From NCBI GenBank assembly GCA_965198235.1, contig OZ240248.1:4000001-4064000 (forward strand): a DNA stretch of 64,000 nt, given 5' to 3'. The notes under the pieces were generated by a model. That model ran no database searches. It was not told the DNA's origin and worked only from the letters and a program-made list of their open reading frames with translations. Each line of letters starts with the position of its first letter. Position 1 is the first letter of the stretch. Below are positions 40,419 to 50,850 of this stretch, in pieces. The stretch is from Candidatus Poribacteria bacterium. GTDB taxonomy: Bacteria > Poribacteria > WGA-4E > WGA-3G. The position numbers were made by a program, and so were the translations under genes.

Positions 40419-42272
40419 GTGCAGACGGTTACTTTTGACGCAGGAAGCACGCTGTCGTGGCGCAGCATGCAAGAAGCAACAGTGCATCGAGCAGAATTAA
40501 CCCGTTTGTTGCGGCGCGGGGAACGCGCATGGGTTTCTCTACCGTCTGAGCTGTTAGAAACGCGGTATCAATTGAACGCTGTGGAACAGTCCTTTGGCGA
40601 CACCGAACCAGCGACAGCGATTCAGGGGAAACTCCGCCAATCTCATCCGCAGAACCGAGCAGAATACAATCAGCACCACTTAATTGCGCAACCCCACGCG
40701 GATGCCCCCTGCTATAATATTAGTGACTATGTTCAGCGATGCATAGCAGGCGACCTTCCAATTGCAGAACGGCTTCGCGGACGAACCGTGATTCATCTTT
40801 ACCAGACGGAAACGGCAGCGGAAGATCTTTTGAACGGTACAGGGGTTTCGGGGTTCGTAGAACGCGTGCTGGTAGACTATTTAAAGGCTTATGGCAAAAA
40901 GCATCTTATCGGTTTTACCTGTGAACTACCGAGATTTTTGTCTTTAGTAAGCGTTTTGGGAAGTGGTATAACGTCGGTGCCGTGGAGTCCTACACTGTTA
41001 GAAACGACAGCGGAGACACTTACAACATATCTGCCCTTAGTCTTTTATGAGACTTACAACTCGGCGGCAGTCAGGAACACATTTTGGAACGAACTGACAA
41101 CGCGATTCGCAACCTGCTTTCTTAGAGGTGTACGCGATTTCTGTCATCAGGAAAGACTACAGTTTGCTTTAAGTCTCCCCGCAAGTGCAAAGGCACTGGA
41201 GTTTGAGTTAGGGGCAATGCTGGCACAAGTCGACTGCCCTATTCTAAACGCCACCGAAATAGATACACCGAAGCGACTCGTCATTGCGAAATGGGTCTGT
41301 AGCGATACACAGTATGCCGGTATTTCACGAAAGGCATCCCAGAAAACGGATAGACGGACAGTGCTTGAAGATGCGAGCCTCGGTTTTAATCTGTGGATAA
41401 ATAGAGATCAGGCAACAGTCCCGAAATCCTCTACTCTAACGCAAAAATTATCACGCGGTTATCCAAAGAGACCGCTCCTTATGGTCGCACCAACACAGAG
41501 CCTCTGGACGAAACCTGATGAGAAGCAGTGGAATGGATTGACAAAAGCATGGGGACGGTTGTGTCAGAGCGTGTGGGAATTGGGCTACGACTTCAGGATT
41601 GTCTCAGAGCAGGAACTGGGTTCAGCAGAAATATCGCAAGCCTATAGAGGAAACCTGCGGGACAATGCTGACGGCACAGGAAAACGGGGCAATAGGAGCG
41701 GTGGACTCAGTTTCCCGAACGACCGAGTAGACATCAAGGAGATTTATAACGTTATTCTGCTTCCGAGTTGTATCTCGCTTCAAGAAGAGACTGTTAAACG
41801 TCTGAGCGGATTCACGAAAGCGAAGGGAAGATTGATAGCAGACGAGCCGATTCCGTATTTGCTCAACGGCAGGATTGGACTTGAGCCGTATCCCCTGGAA
41901 CAACTTCTCTTCGGGCGGCGGACAACTATTTTACGAGGTCCGCAAAACGAGAAAATCGCGAAGCTCGAAAAATGCCTCCGAAAATGGGTGAACCCTTCCA
42001 TATCGGTGTATGTAAAGCCCAACAACGAGGAGGCAGATACCGTTCAGGTACACCACCGGGGCGCGGAAAAATCTGAACGTTTTTATCTCTTCAATCGAGG
42101 CAGTGAACCGATTGATGCCTTGATTGAGATACCCGGTAAGGCATCGCACGTTACGGAATGGGATTTGTTTAAGGGAACGGAAGAGACTGTTGATTTTTGG
42201 CACGCAAATGGAAGGACATACCTCAATAGTACATTTACAGTTAAACAGGGACGGCTTTTTGCGGTTTCGTAA
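40419..42272 (+). CDS. hypothetical protein, possibly degenerate glycoside hydrolase (GH106-like)
   Basis: 617 aa; LIGFTCELP, VPWS, GYDFRIVSE, YNVILLPS, FYLFN pattern. Confidence 0.45.
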   Translation: MQTVTFDAGSTLSWRSMQEATVHRAELTRLLRRGERAWVSLPSELLETRYQLNAVEQSFGDTEPATAIQGKLRQSHPQNRAEYNQHHLIAQPHADAPCYNISDYVQRCIAGDLPIAERLRGRTVIHLYQTETAAEDLLNGTGVSGFVERVLVDYLKAYGKKHLIGFTCELPRFLSLVSVLGSGITSVPWSPTLLETTAETLTTYLPLVFYETYNSAAVRNTFWNELTTRFATCFLRGVRDFCHQERLQFALSLPASAKALEFELGAMLAQVDCPILNATEIDTPKRLVIAKWVCSDTQYAGISRKASQKTDRRTVLEDASLGFNLWINRDQATVPKSSTLTQKLSRGYPKRPLLMVAPTQSLWTKPDEKQWNGLTKAWGRLCQSVWELGYDFRIVSEQELGSAEISQAYRGNLRDNADGTGKRGNRSGGLSFPNDRVDIKEIYNVILLPSCISLQEETVKRLSGFTKAKGRLIADEPIPYLLNGRIGLEPYPLEQLLFGRRTTILRGPQNEKIAKLEKCLRKWVNPSISVYVKPNNEEADTVQVHHRGAEKSERFYLFNRGSEPIDALIEIPGKASHVTEWDLFKGTEETVDFWHANGRTYLNSTFTVKQGRLFAVS

Positions 42273-42316
42273 AATTGGAAGTCGCCTCTCATGTTAACAC
42301 TATGAAAGGAGTCATT

Positions 42317-43876
42317 ATGACAGGTGGAGATCTTTTTGTCGAATGTTTAAAGGCACAAGGTATTAGTGTCATTTTCGGTTTGCCAGGCAACCATTTAGAC
42401 ACGGTTTATGAATCGTTATACAACAATCAGGACAGCATCCGGCACTATGTCACACGACATGAAGGTGGTGCATCATTTATGGCGGATGGCTACGCGCGCG
42501 CGACAGGCGAAGTTGGTGTCTGTATGACCGTCCCGGGGCCCGGTTCAAACAACGCTTCTATTGGTATTGGCGAATCAAATACAGCGTCTTCGCCGGTACT
42601 TTGGATTACTGGGCAGAACCCATCCTACTTAGCACCACAGGATCCGAAGAAGAGTTTTCACGGACTGGATCAGAAAGCTGCCTTCACATCGATGACGAAA
42701 CATCTGGAAATTGTGCATCGGGTAGACCAGATTCCGGGTGCCATCAATCGGAGTTTCAGTGCCTTACGTTCTGGTAGACCTGGACCCGTGCTGATCGAGT
42801 TAGCAAAAGATGCGTTGGATGCCGAAGCCGACTTTCCAATCCCACCACGGAACAACGGTATTCAGACGACCGCAAGTCCACAAGATGTAGATGCCGCGCT
42901 GGCATTGTTGAGCACCTCAGAACGTCCATTTATTATCGCAGGCGGTGGTATTAACCATACACGCGCAACTGCAGAAATACTTGAGTTCGCGGAGCTGCTG
43001 GACGCACCAATCGTGATGACAGGTTTTGGCAAAGGTTCCGTGCCAGAAGATTCGCCGTATTCCATCGGTGTCTTCCGAGATGGCGTTTCCCAAGCAGCGA
43101 TGGAAGCATCCGACCTCATCGTTGCCGTCGGCACCCGGTTTAACTATCGTGATACCGGTAACTGGAGCCTCAAGATTCCGCAACCTTTGTTGCATATTGA
43201 AGCGGATCCAGAGGAGATTCACAAAGAATATCCTGCCACTGTCGGTATCGGTGCGAATCCGAAATTGGTTTTGCGCCAGTTGAATGCCGCGCTACGCGAC
43301 GAGAAACCGACAGGTGGCTGGGGTGAAGGATTACGCGAATTACGCCGGCGATGGACAGCGATTGAACACCCGCGGATCCTCCAAGAGATGCGCGATGTGA
43401 TGCCCCGCGATGCGATCTTGTCGGTTGACGTTAACATTACGGGCTATGGCGCGCTGGCACATTTCCCGTGTTATCACCCGGGGAGTTACATCTTCTCCGG
43501 TGTATCTGTTGCAATGGGAATCGGATTGACAGGTGCCATCGGTGCGCAGGTCGCTTACCCAGAGCGGAAAGTCGTCGCCCTGAGTGGTGATGGTGGATTT
43601 TTAATGACGTGCCCGGACTTCGCAACCGCGGTGATGTATAACCTGCCCGTTGTGACGCTTGTGATGAACGACAACCAGTATACTTCGATCGAACGCGGAC
43701 AACTCCGCCGCTTCGGCAAACGGATCGGTGTTGAACTCGTCAACCCGGACTTCGTGCAGTTTGCGGAATCGTTCGGTGCGATCGGGCTACGCGTCGAAGA
43801 TCCAAGTGATTTTAAGCCGACGTTTGAAAAGGCACTCGCTTTGGATAAACCGGTTCTTCTTGAAGTCGTCAAGTAG
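42317..43876 (+). CDS. thiamine diphosphate-binding enzyme (acetolactate synthase-like)
   Basis: IFGLPG, TRHEGGASFMADGYAR, SGDGGF...MNDN. Confidence 0.9.
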   Translation: MTGGDLFVECLKAQGISVIFGLPGNHLDTVYESLYNNQDSIRHYVTRHEGGASFMADGYARATGEVGVCMTVPGPGSNNASIGIGESNTASSPVLWITGQNPSYLAPQDPKKSFHGLDQKAAFTSMTKHLEIVHRVDQIPGAINRSFSALRSGRPGPVLIELAKDALDAEADFPIPPRNNGIQTTASPQDVDAALALLSTSERPFIIAGGGINHTRATAEILEFAELLDAPIVMTGFGKGSVPEDSPYSIGVFRDGVSQAAMEASDLIVAVGTRFNYRDTGNWSLKIPQPLLHIEADPEEIHKEYPATVGIGANPKLVLRQLNAALRDEKPTGGWGEGLRELRRRWTAIEHPRILQEMRDVMPRDAILSVDVNITGYGALAHFPCYHPGSYIFSGVSVAMGIGLTGAIGAQVAYPERKVVALSGDGGFLMTCPDFATAVMYNLPVVTLVMNDNQYTSIERGQLRRFGKRIGVELVNPDFVQFAESFGAIGLRVEDPSDFKPTFEKALALDKPVLLEVVK

Positions 43877-43901
43877 TTATGTAGGCAGGCACAAGAGCTG
43901 G

Positions 43902-43922
43902 GGAAACACCCAAGCACAAACA
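43902..43922 (+). repeat. 21-nt insert motif copy (1 mismatch)
   Basis: GGAAACACCCAAGCACAAACA within a GTAG-initiated intergenic element. Confidence 0.75.
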
Positions 43923-43967
43923 CCCACCTCACCGAACCGCAAGGAATAATTAAAAAAGGAGTTGGAT

Positions 43968-45170
43968 ATGGCGAAAAAGATCGGTGTTCTAACAGGTGGA
44001 GGCGATACAAGTGCTCTTAACGCCACCCTTAAAGGTATTGCGTTGAAAGCCGAGGAACTCGGTTTTGAACTCATCGGATTCATGGAAGGGTGGCGCGGTG
44101 TTCTGAAGGGTGGACGTTACTTTACGCTAACGCCTGACCTGATTGATGAAAACCGGGGTGGGACGCTGTTAAAGAGTTCACGCACGAACCTGATTAAAGA
44201 TGGCAAATTAGATGAAGCCGTCAGTAATCTGAAAAAACTGGACATCAGCGGTCTTATTCCGATAGGTGGTGATGATACTTTAACAGTTGGCACAGCACTG
44301 TCGGATCAATTCACAACCACATTCGTCACCAAAACAATCGATAACGACGTGGGTATCAATCCGCCTGAAGGGGATGCCGTCGATTACTCTAAGATGGTTA
44401 ACTATTTCTGCCCCGGCTTCCCTTCATCTGCGAACAGCGTCATCAACGCCATCCGAGATCTACGGACGACTACCTACTCCCACGATCGCGTGATTGTTGT
44501 TGAAGCGATGGGACGAGATGCGGGTTGGCTGACACTGTCTGCCGCCTACGGGCAGGCGGATCTTATCGTTGTCCCAGAGGTGCCGTATCAACCGGAGAAA
44601 CTGGCGGAAGCGATTCGCGAAAAACACGCAGAACAGGGGAACGTCATCGTTGTTGTATCGGAAGGTATCAGAAATGACAATGGGGAATTGATGATTACTT
44701 CACAGGTGGAACTCGATGCTTTTGGGCATACGAAACCTGGCGGTTGTTCAGAAATTATCGTTGAGGCGATGAAGAAACTCCTTCCCGAAATTTCGAGTTC
44801 AGCGTTTCGCGCATTGATACTCGGCTATCTCCAGAGATGCGGTAGCCCGATCCCGATGGATAGAGACATTGCTATGAAGGCAGGTGCCATGGCGGTGCAG
44901 GCACTCTCAGACGGGATGTTCAATGGCGTTGCGACTATTACACGGACGGATGCAGGCATTGAACCGACCCTGTTACCTTTAGAACAGGTGCTAAAGCGGG
45001 ATGCGTCCGGACATGTGATTCGGAGAAGTCTCGATCTGCGGTTCTACGATGCAGAACGGTATCAGATGTCACCAGCGGGTGCTGGATATTTCCGTCCGCT
45101 GTTCGGGGACTTGCCGCGTCCGGAGCGGTCATTGGACGATCGATTGATTGAGATTGGTGAGATTGGGTGA
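43968..45170 (+). CDS. 6-phosphofructokinase, probably PPi-dependent
   Basis: LTGGGD, GGDDT (Asp), KTIDND, EAMGRDAG. Confidence 0.85.
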   Translation: MAKKIGVLTGGGDTSALNATLKGIALKAEELGFELIGFMEGWRGVLKGGRYFTLTPDLIDENRGGTLLKSSRTNLIKDGKLDEAVSNLKKLDISGLIPIGGDDTLTVGTALSDQFTTTFVTKTIDNDVGINPPEGDAVDYSKMVNYFCPGFPSSANSVINAIRDLRTTTYSHDRVIVVEAMGRDAGWLTLSAAYGQADLIVVPEVPYQPEKLAEAIREKHAEQGNVIVVVSEGIRNDNGELMITSQVELDAFGHTKPGGCSEIIVEAMKKLLPEISSSAFRALILGYLQRCGSPIPMDRDIAMKAGAMAVQALSDGMFNGVATITRTDAGIEPTLLPLEQVLKRDASGHVIRRSLDLRFYDAERYQMSPAGAGYFRPLFGDLPRPERSLDDRLIEIGEIG

Positions 45171-45244
45171 TATAGACTATTGCGCGCCCGGACAGACACC
45201 GAGCGCGCAGCAGTATAAAACTCTCAATTAGAGGAAAACAAATT

Positions 45245-45460
45245 ATGAAAAAAGAACAAATTATGTCCCAGAATCCACGTGTGATGCACGGGGCTTTAGT
45301 TTTTGCTGGCACCCGAGTGCCAGTTGAAACTCTGATCCAGTATCTTGTATCAGGAGATTCAATTGATACATTTCTCGCCGACTTCCCAACAGTTTCACAC
45401 GAGCAAGCGGTTGCTTATCTGGAGATGACTCTGGAGTACGCCAATGCGCGTGTTGCTTGA
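45245..45460 (+). CDS. DUF433 antitoxin
   Basis: PRVMHGALVFAGTRVPV...FLADFPTV. Confidence 0.85.
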   Translation: MKKEQIMSQNPRVMHGALVFAGTRVPVETLIQYLVSGDSIDTFLADFPTVSHEQAVAYLEMTLEYANARVA

Positions 45461-45665
45461 CGAAAATCTCCCCCATAAACTGCGAACACTCTTTCCCGAT
45501 TCAATTGAAGTTATTACGGTCGACTATCGCGGTTGGAAAGGGAAAGAGAACGGAGAACTCTTGCAAATGGCTGCTGCGGAATTTGATGCCTTTGTCACAA
45601 CAGACAGAGGGATTTTGTATGAGCAGAACTTGGAGGAAATTCAACAAAATCATCAATACCAATAG
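45444..45665 (+). pseudogene. DUF5615 PIN-like toxin, 3' truncated
   Basis: RVLLDENLP, GWKGKENGELL, FVTTDR; runs into antisense hsdR remnant after EQNL. Confidence 0.75.
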
Positions 45666-46851
45666 TGCCTGCGTTGTATTCTGCGATCACCTGCTCAAAT
45701 TTCTGTTGATAATCCATCCGACTTCTGTTGAGGCGAATCATCGCGGCGAGTTTGCCATTGATTGCGCCTCTTGAGTCTCTCCGCCTCGACGCGTTTGTGT
45801 TCCGTTTGAAATTGTTCACTTAGCTGCTCAAAGTCGATTTGGCTTAAATCTACCTGATGCATATCGTAACTGTCAGGCGGTATCTGAATAAGATAACCTT
45901 CGGGTGCGATTGACTCGTCCAGCAGATTTTCAACTTCTGTCATTACACCAGAGATGTCAGCGGGTGGCGTTAAATTCCTGATTTTCTGTGCGATGACATT
46001 GATAAGTTGGCAAATTCTGGTAAACTCATGCGCATCAGGGTCGGGCAGAATCGCTTTGTATAGTTTAATGACGTTCGTTGCGAATTGTAGATAAAGTTCT
46101 CAACAACATCAAGTAACCGCTTGGGTGTGCATAGTGCTTGCAATATCGTCTCTAAAGAGACCTTGAGGGATTCATCCTCACTGTGAACGCGTTTCCACTC
46201 GGCGAAGTGCTCCCAACTGGCGGTGAGGCTCCCGACTTTGCTGTCCGTGCCGTTAGAGAGAAGAATGAAGGCGTTATACCAAAAGAGATGTGGGATGGTG
46301 TCTTTGTAATCCCTGATGTTGTGGGTGTAGGCATCGTGAAGGTTGACATCAATCCGCTTGAACTCCATCAGAACTAAGGGAATCCCGTTGACGAAGCAGA
46401 TGAGATCCGGACGTTTGGTATACATCTCACCGGTGACCGAGAATTGAGATGCGGCAAAGAAATCATTATTCTCTGGATTTTCCCAGTCAATCACCTGAAG
46501 TACTTCAGTGGTTTCACTGTCGCCACTTCGATCACTAACAGTGACCCGTACGCCGTCTTTTAGGAGGGTGTAGATTTCACGGTTGGCTTCGACCAGGCTC
46601 ATGAGTGCGCGGGAATCGGTGAGTTGCTCGATTGCTTTGGTAATCGCATCTTGGGTTGCGGTCGGATTGAGTCGTTCTAATGCGGGTTGAAGACGAGAGG
46701 TTAAGACAACTTCGGATTTTGTTTGCCTGCCAAGGGGACTTCCATCTCTCTGATCGAATTCACTATAACAGTTTCGCGTCTCCCACCCCATTTCTGCAAG
46801 GAGTGCAATGGCGGGTTGTTCGATGAGTTCATCTTCACTGTATGGGTTCAT
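45630..46851 (-). pseudogene. hsdR: second type I hsdR, large internal deletion plus frameshifts
   Basis: N-terminus SEDELIEQPAI, RPDLICFVNGIPLVLMEFK, LLDVVENFI joined directly to C-terminal KLYKAILPDP...DLSQIDFE...IAEYNAG; helicase core absent. Confidence 0.85.
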
Positions 46852-47161
46852 TTGTTCGGATTGGATTTGTGAAGGCTTTTTATGAGAGAAACTCCCGCTT
46901 TCAACGTTTCTGCTGAATCAACATCAACAATTTTTAAGATACCTTTTTCTGCCAAAGCCTCTTCAAACTCAAAACGATGGATCCCTGCTAACTCAGCAGC
47001 TCTGCCAAGTGTTACTTCGCTTCTTGATATAGCAGAATTGCAGCATCTAACTGTGATTCGTTTTCAAGAGATTTACGCAGCCGCTCCCGCTCAGCTTTGG
47101 GCAGCTTCTGTATTAATGGCAACAGTTTTTCAAGCGTTATCGGTTCAGAAATTTGAATCAT
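46848..47161 (-). pseudogene. UPF0175-family protein, frameshifted at ~47019
   Basis: MIQISEPITLEKLLPLIQKLPKAERERL...AAILLYQE / EVTLGRAAELAGIHRFEFEEALAEKGI; stop overlaps hsdR ATG. Confidence 0.65.
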
Positions 47162-47196
47162 TACAATTTACCTTTTTTGCATTTCCTTTCCGATTT

Positions 47197-47739
47197 TCAG
47201 GTTCGTTCACGTCTCACCTCTGCAAGTGCTTCCTCAAAATCGCGTATCACTTCCTCCTCTGGAATATCGGCAAACGCATTGTGGAAGTGTGCTACGGTCC
47301 TATCCCATTCTTCCCGAAGCCGTTTGCGCTCACTTTCAACTTCGGTGCGGAAACGCGAAACGATCCGCTGCCACTCGGTTGGTACGGATGAACTCCATTC
47401 CTGAAGGTCCGGTAGGAAAAAGACTTTCTCAGCAAAATCGGAATCTTTGACGATTTGTTTAACCTCATTGACGAGTGGACTTGACTTTTGCTGTCGTTGC
47501 TGGTCGGAATCAACAACAAAAATAATATAATCATCTTGCGCAAGGTAGTGCTGAAGGGTCTTCCTCAAGTCGCTGCTCACAGGAACCCCCTTTCTATGAC
47601 ACTTACGGAGCGCACTTCTTCCAGTTGTCCGAATAGCCAATTGTCCAAGTTGCCTAAATTTTACAAATTCATCTTCCAAAAATTTGACTGCTTGAGTATC
47701 ATAATCAGATTCCAAATTCCAGGCTCTCGCGCTTAGCAT
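47197..47739 (-). CDS. TOPRIM-like (DUF4276-like) N-domain fused to antitoxin-like tail (copy 1)
   Basis: WNLESDYD, IFVVDSD; overlaps AAA ATPase stop; paralog of 49225-49773. Confidence 0.5.
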   Translation of the reverse strand: MLSARAWNLESDYDTQAVKFLEDEFVKFRQLGQLAIRTTGRSALRKCHRKGVPVSSDLRKTLQHYLAQDDYIIFVVDSDQQRQQKSSPLVNEVKQIVKDSDFAEKVFFLPDLQEWSSSVPTEWQRIVSRFRTEVESERKRLREEWDRTVAHFHNAFADIPEEEVIRDFEEALAEVRRERT

Positions 47740-48905
47740 ACCGGTTCCTCCATGAGGTCTTGCAGAAGTCCACTATCAAAAACGGCACTGCCCATTCCGA
47801 AATCAGCGATCCAACTGTCCAATGCTTCGCGTTTACCGCGAATCTCCTCAAGATTGAGTGCTTCTGTGCCGAGTCCAGGGCGGTTGCGTAAGAGCAAAAC
47901 ACCAAGGGAATTCGATAGACTTTCAGATTTGAGGTTGTCCAAGAGTTGTGAACTATGCGTCGTGATAATCACCTGCGTTCGTTCGGCGATACGCTCAAGT
48001 ATGTACGCAATATCCTTCAGTGCACCAGGGTGTAGACTTCGCTCCGGTTCTTCAATGGCAATAAGCGGCGGTAATTCAGATTGATTGAGCAAGGTGTTAT
48101 ATGCAAGAAGACGCAATGTTCCATCAGACGCGCCCTCCAAAGGGATCGGATTCTCGTACCCTTCTAAAAGGCATAGTTTGTCATTTCCATTAATTGAGCG
48201 GTGCTCTATGCTAATATTTGTACAGGCTGCCAAAGATTCACTAACGTTACGGAAATCCTCTGGAGCATTTCCATGCCAATCTGAGAGCACTTCTGCCAAT
48301 CCGAAGCCATAAGTATCAAGTTTTGGAGATTCACGGAGTTCTTTTGTAACATGTGAAAATGTCGCTAGACGATTTCGTATGAATTCCGGTTGAAAGTCAT
48401 AAATTTCCCAACTCTTAATAAATTCTGTTAAAGTACTTGTAATTGGCTTATCCCCATAATCGCCAGCGGATTTCAAGGCGAGTTTATTGGACGTGTATGT
48501 TGTCTTATTCGTGCCGTTTTCATCTTGAACCTCACCTTTTCCGTTTTCAACCGATATGACTTTTACACCTGCAACCGATAATTCCTCGGCAACAAAAGGA
48601 TTGTTAACATCCGCCTTAAATTTCAATTCGTATATAGCTGGAGCTTCTTTCACCTCGGCTTGCAATTGGAAAGTAATGTGACTTGCTTTACCTGCCCAAA
48701 GGTAACCTTGAACTAATTCAACTGGCGGCAGTTTTTCATCAGTCATCATTGACCTGAGACTGTACAAAGCACTCAAAACATTGGACTTCCCACTCGCGTT
48801 GGGACCAACAAGAACTGTCAGAGGTTTTAGTGGAAGTATAATGTTCCGTAAACTCAGGAAGTTTTTGATATGAATTTCCTCTAAGGATGATTCCCGTTCG
48901 GACAT
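47733..48905 (-). CDS. AAA_21-type ABC ATPase
   Basis: IKNFLSL, Walker A GPNASGKSN, SDGTLR, IAIEEPERSLHP, IITTHS. Confidence 0.9.
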   Translation of the reverse strand: MSERESSLEEIHIKNFLSLRNIILPLKPLTVLVGPNASGKSNVLSALYSLRSMMTDEKLPPVELVQGYLWAGKASHITFQLQAEVKEAPAIYELKFKADVNNPFVAEELSVAGVKVISVENGKGEVQDENGTNKTTYTSNKLALKSAGDYGDKPITSTLTEFIKSWEIYDFQPEFIRNRLATFSHVTKELRESPKLDTYGFGLAEVLSDWHGNAPEDFRNVSESLAACTNISIEHRSINGNDKLCLLEGYENPIPLEGASDGTLRLLAYNTLLNQSELPPLIAIEEPERSLHPGALKDIAYILERIAERTQVIITTHSSQLLDNLKSESLSNSLGVLLLRNRPGLGTEALNLEEIRGKREALDSWIADFGMGSAVFDSGLLQDLMEEPVC

Positions 48906-48945
48906 GGGTTCCGCCTTTATGTTTGGATTAAACCTTCGGTGCTAC

Positions 48946-49200
48946 TCAGTTTTCAAGGTTCAAGAGGGCATGTGTAAACTCATCAATATTTGATGCGCGT
49001 GCGGCGACGCGGTGTAACTGATCCAGACGTTGTAGGTCGTCAATGGCTCCAAGAAAAGGCTTTAGTTTCTCTGCGACATCGGTCTGAAATCGGACCTCCA
49101 GCACTGTGAGTATCGCTTCAACAGCGTGCTGTTTCTTTCCTTGTTCGATCCCTTTCTCAGTGAAGTATTGGATGATAGAAGATTCTTGCACGATGACCTC
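48946..49200 (-). pseudogene. Rpn/YhgA-family C-terminal fragment
   Basis: QESSIIQYFTEKGIEQG...ILTVLEVRF...IDDLQRLDQLHRVA; N-terminal nuclease domain absent. Confidence 0.6.
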
Positions 49201-49201
49201 C

Positions 49202-49237
49202 GATAATGTTTGTATCATAAACAACTACCGGGCGCAT
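49202..49237 (-). pseudogene. 5' stub of a PIN toxin gene
   Basis: ATG overlapping the end of the upstream gene reads MRPVVVYDTNII, a typical PIN N-terminus, then breaks off. Confidence 0.5.
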
Positions 49238-49773
49238 TCACGATCCTCGTGGATGAGATCGTCGACAAAATTTTCACGCTCGGTTTCAGTCATCGTGTCC
49301 CAATCTAAACCGCGCGAGGCACATAACTGTCGAAACCGCGTTTCGGCAGAGTCCATACGTTTTACTCGATCGGGATCTTCAATCCCCAGATGCGCTCTCC
49401 ACAACCGAGCTTCAAGTTCCTGAACACCCAGCGCGAAAAACACTTTGCCAGCGAAATCGGGGTCCACAACGACCTGTTTAATTTGTTCAATAAGTGCTCC
49501 TGCCTTTTGTGGACAAGGACGTGCAGACACTGAACCCTTGCTATCAGCGAGGAAAATAACATAGTCATCTTGCCCGAGGTAGTACCGAATTGCCTTTTTC
49601 AGCTCGCCATTCAAAGATTCATCGCTCCCATTGGACAGCAGGAATGCTTTGCTGCCAACTGTTTGGATAGACAAATCATCAAGTTTCAAGTTTGTCGTTA
49701 AACGATCTGCCAGGGATTTGAGTGCTTCTGCCTTATAATCGGATTCCACAGTCCAGATCCTTATGCTTGCCAT
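49225..49773 (-). CDS. TOPRIM-like N-domain fused to antitoxin-like tail (copy 2)
   Basis: WTVESDY, YLGQDDYVIFLADS, DFAGKVFF, VQELEA, then unrelated tail GLDWDTMTETERENFVDDLIHED. Confidence 0.5.
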   Translation of the reverse strand: MASIRIWTVESDYKAEALKSLADRLTTNLKLDDLSIQTVGSKAFLLSNGSDESLNGELKKAIRYYLGQDDYVIFLADSKGSVSARPCPQKAGALIEQIKQVVVDPDFAGKVFFALGVQELEARLWRAHLGIEDPDRVKRMDSAETRFRQLCASRGLDWDTMTETERENFVDDLIHEDRECAR

Positions 49774-49793
49774 GTTGGCACCTCCATTGCTTA

Positions 49794-49994
49794 TCAGTCA
49801 TCCTTTATCAAGTCAGCTCGGATGTCTTGATAGTCGCGAAAATCGGTTTCGGTCCGGACAGCAGCATCCATCTCCAATATGTCCTCTAAATCTTCGAGGC
49901 GTTGTATGAGAAGTCGATATTCCTGGATTGACAAGAAAGCAGCAGTTTTTTCGCCCTTGTCATCAACAAGATACTAGGGGTTGATATCGAGCAT
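49794..49994 (-). pseudogene. RelB/Phd-like antitoxin with in-frame TAG at codon 7
   Basis: MLDINP*YLVDDKGEKTAAFLSIQEYRLLIQRLEDLEDILE...; AGGAGG RBS. Confidence 0.65.
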
Positions 49995-50021
49995 AAGTGT
50001 CCTCCTAATTACCTTGCTGCA

Positions 50022-50050
50022 ATTATACACTGTCGCGTTGCGTATGTCAA
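50022..50050 (-). promoter_or_regulatory. perfect consensus sigma70 promoter
   Basis: TTGACA-17-TATAAT on minus strand, upstream of the 49994-45630 gene string. Confidence 0.75.
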
Positions 50051-50342
50051 TAGGTGTGTAAATATTTTGTCAAACGCTTGAGTTGAAAGGGGTGTGTAAA
50101 TATTTTGGCACAAACCGTCTGTTTCTCTTGTGGGAGGGGTGTTTTTGCTTGGGTGTTTCCCCGATTGCAGAGGTGAAACCTAACTTCCGACGAAAGACCT
50201 TGAACACACAGAACCTCCAAAATCCGCGAAATTTGTGTAATCCGTGTCATCCGCGATTCAGACGAGAGACACCCCTAAATCCTACAAAGGATGGATGCAT
50301 TTTCTAAAATTGACACCTATGGATAAATATTTTACACACCCC
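50051..50342. repeat. composite repeat / MITE-like region
   Basis: GGTGTGTAAATATTTT twice and inverted AAATATTTTACACACCCC; contains 21-nt insert (50140-50160) and 9-mer tract. Confidence 0.6.
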
Positions 50343-50395
50343 AACAGCACTTATTTTCAGACGATAAGGGAACTGTGTCCACCTCTGGCATACAG

Positions 50396-50827
50396 TTAGG
50401 GTTTGTCAGTATCGAGGTCAAGTTCGGATACGTCAATCTCGCCAGAAATGAGTTTGGGAAGGAGGAGGTCACGGGTTTTTCGGAGGGCTTTATTCTGAAA
50501 GATTAGGTTCTGAATTTTGCCAACGACTTCGCAAGTAAAACTACTAAAACGTTGAATGATTTGATCTGGGGGAATCACAATCTGGTACTCGGCAAGCACG
50601 TTCCATTCAGCTCTTGGCATTTTTGATCCTTGAGCAGTCGTCGTTGCATACGCAATAAAATGTTCACTGGAAACACATGCAAGGGTTATTGCAAAACATT
50701 CATTTCTTTTGGGACGTATCACGATTGTGTCTGATGAACAAATCCCGTCTAAGGGGGCAACACCAAGATCAAGGCTTGATGTGTCTTCGGTTGTTGAGGG
50801 TAAATTCGGTTTCTTTTCGTCAGACAT
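50396..50827 (-). pseudogene. hsdS: hsdS 3' fragment
   Basis: GICSSDTIVIRP, QGSKMPRAEW, LRKTRDLLLPKLISGEIDV; first ~23 aa unrelated. Confidence 0.8.
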
Positions 50828-50850
50828 TATGAAAGCCTTATTTTGGATAG

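Noticed and set aside
46882-47404. Plus-strand ORFs 46882-47391 and 47153-47404
   Set aside because: Antisense shadows of the UPF0175 pseudogene and the 47197-47739 gene
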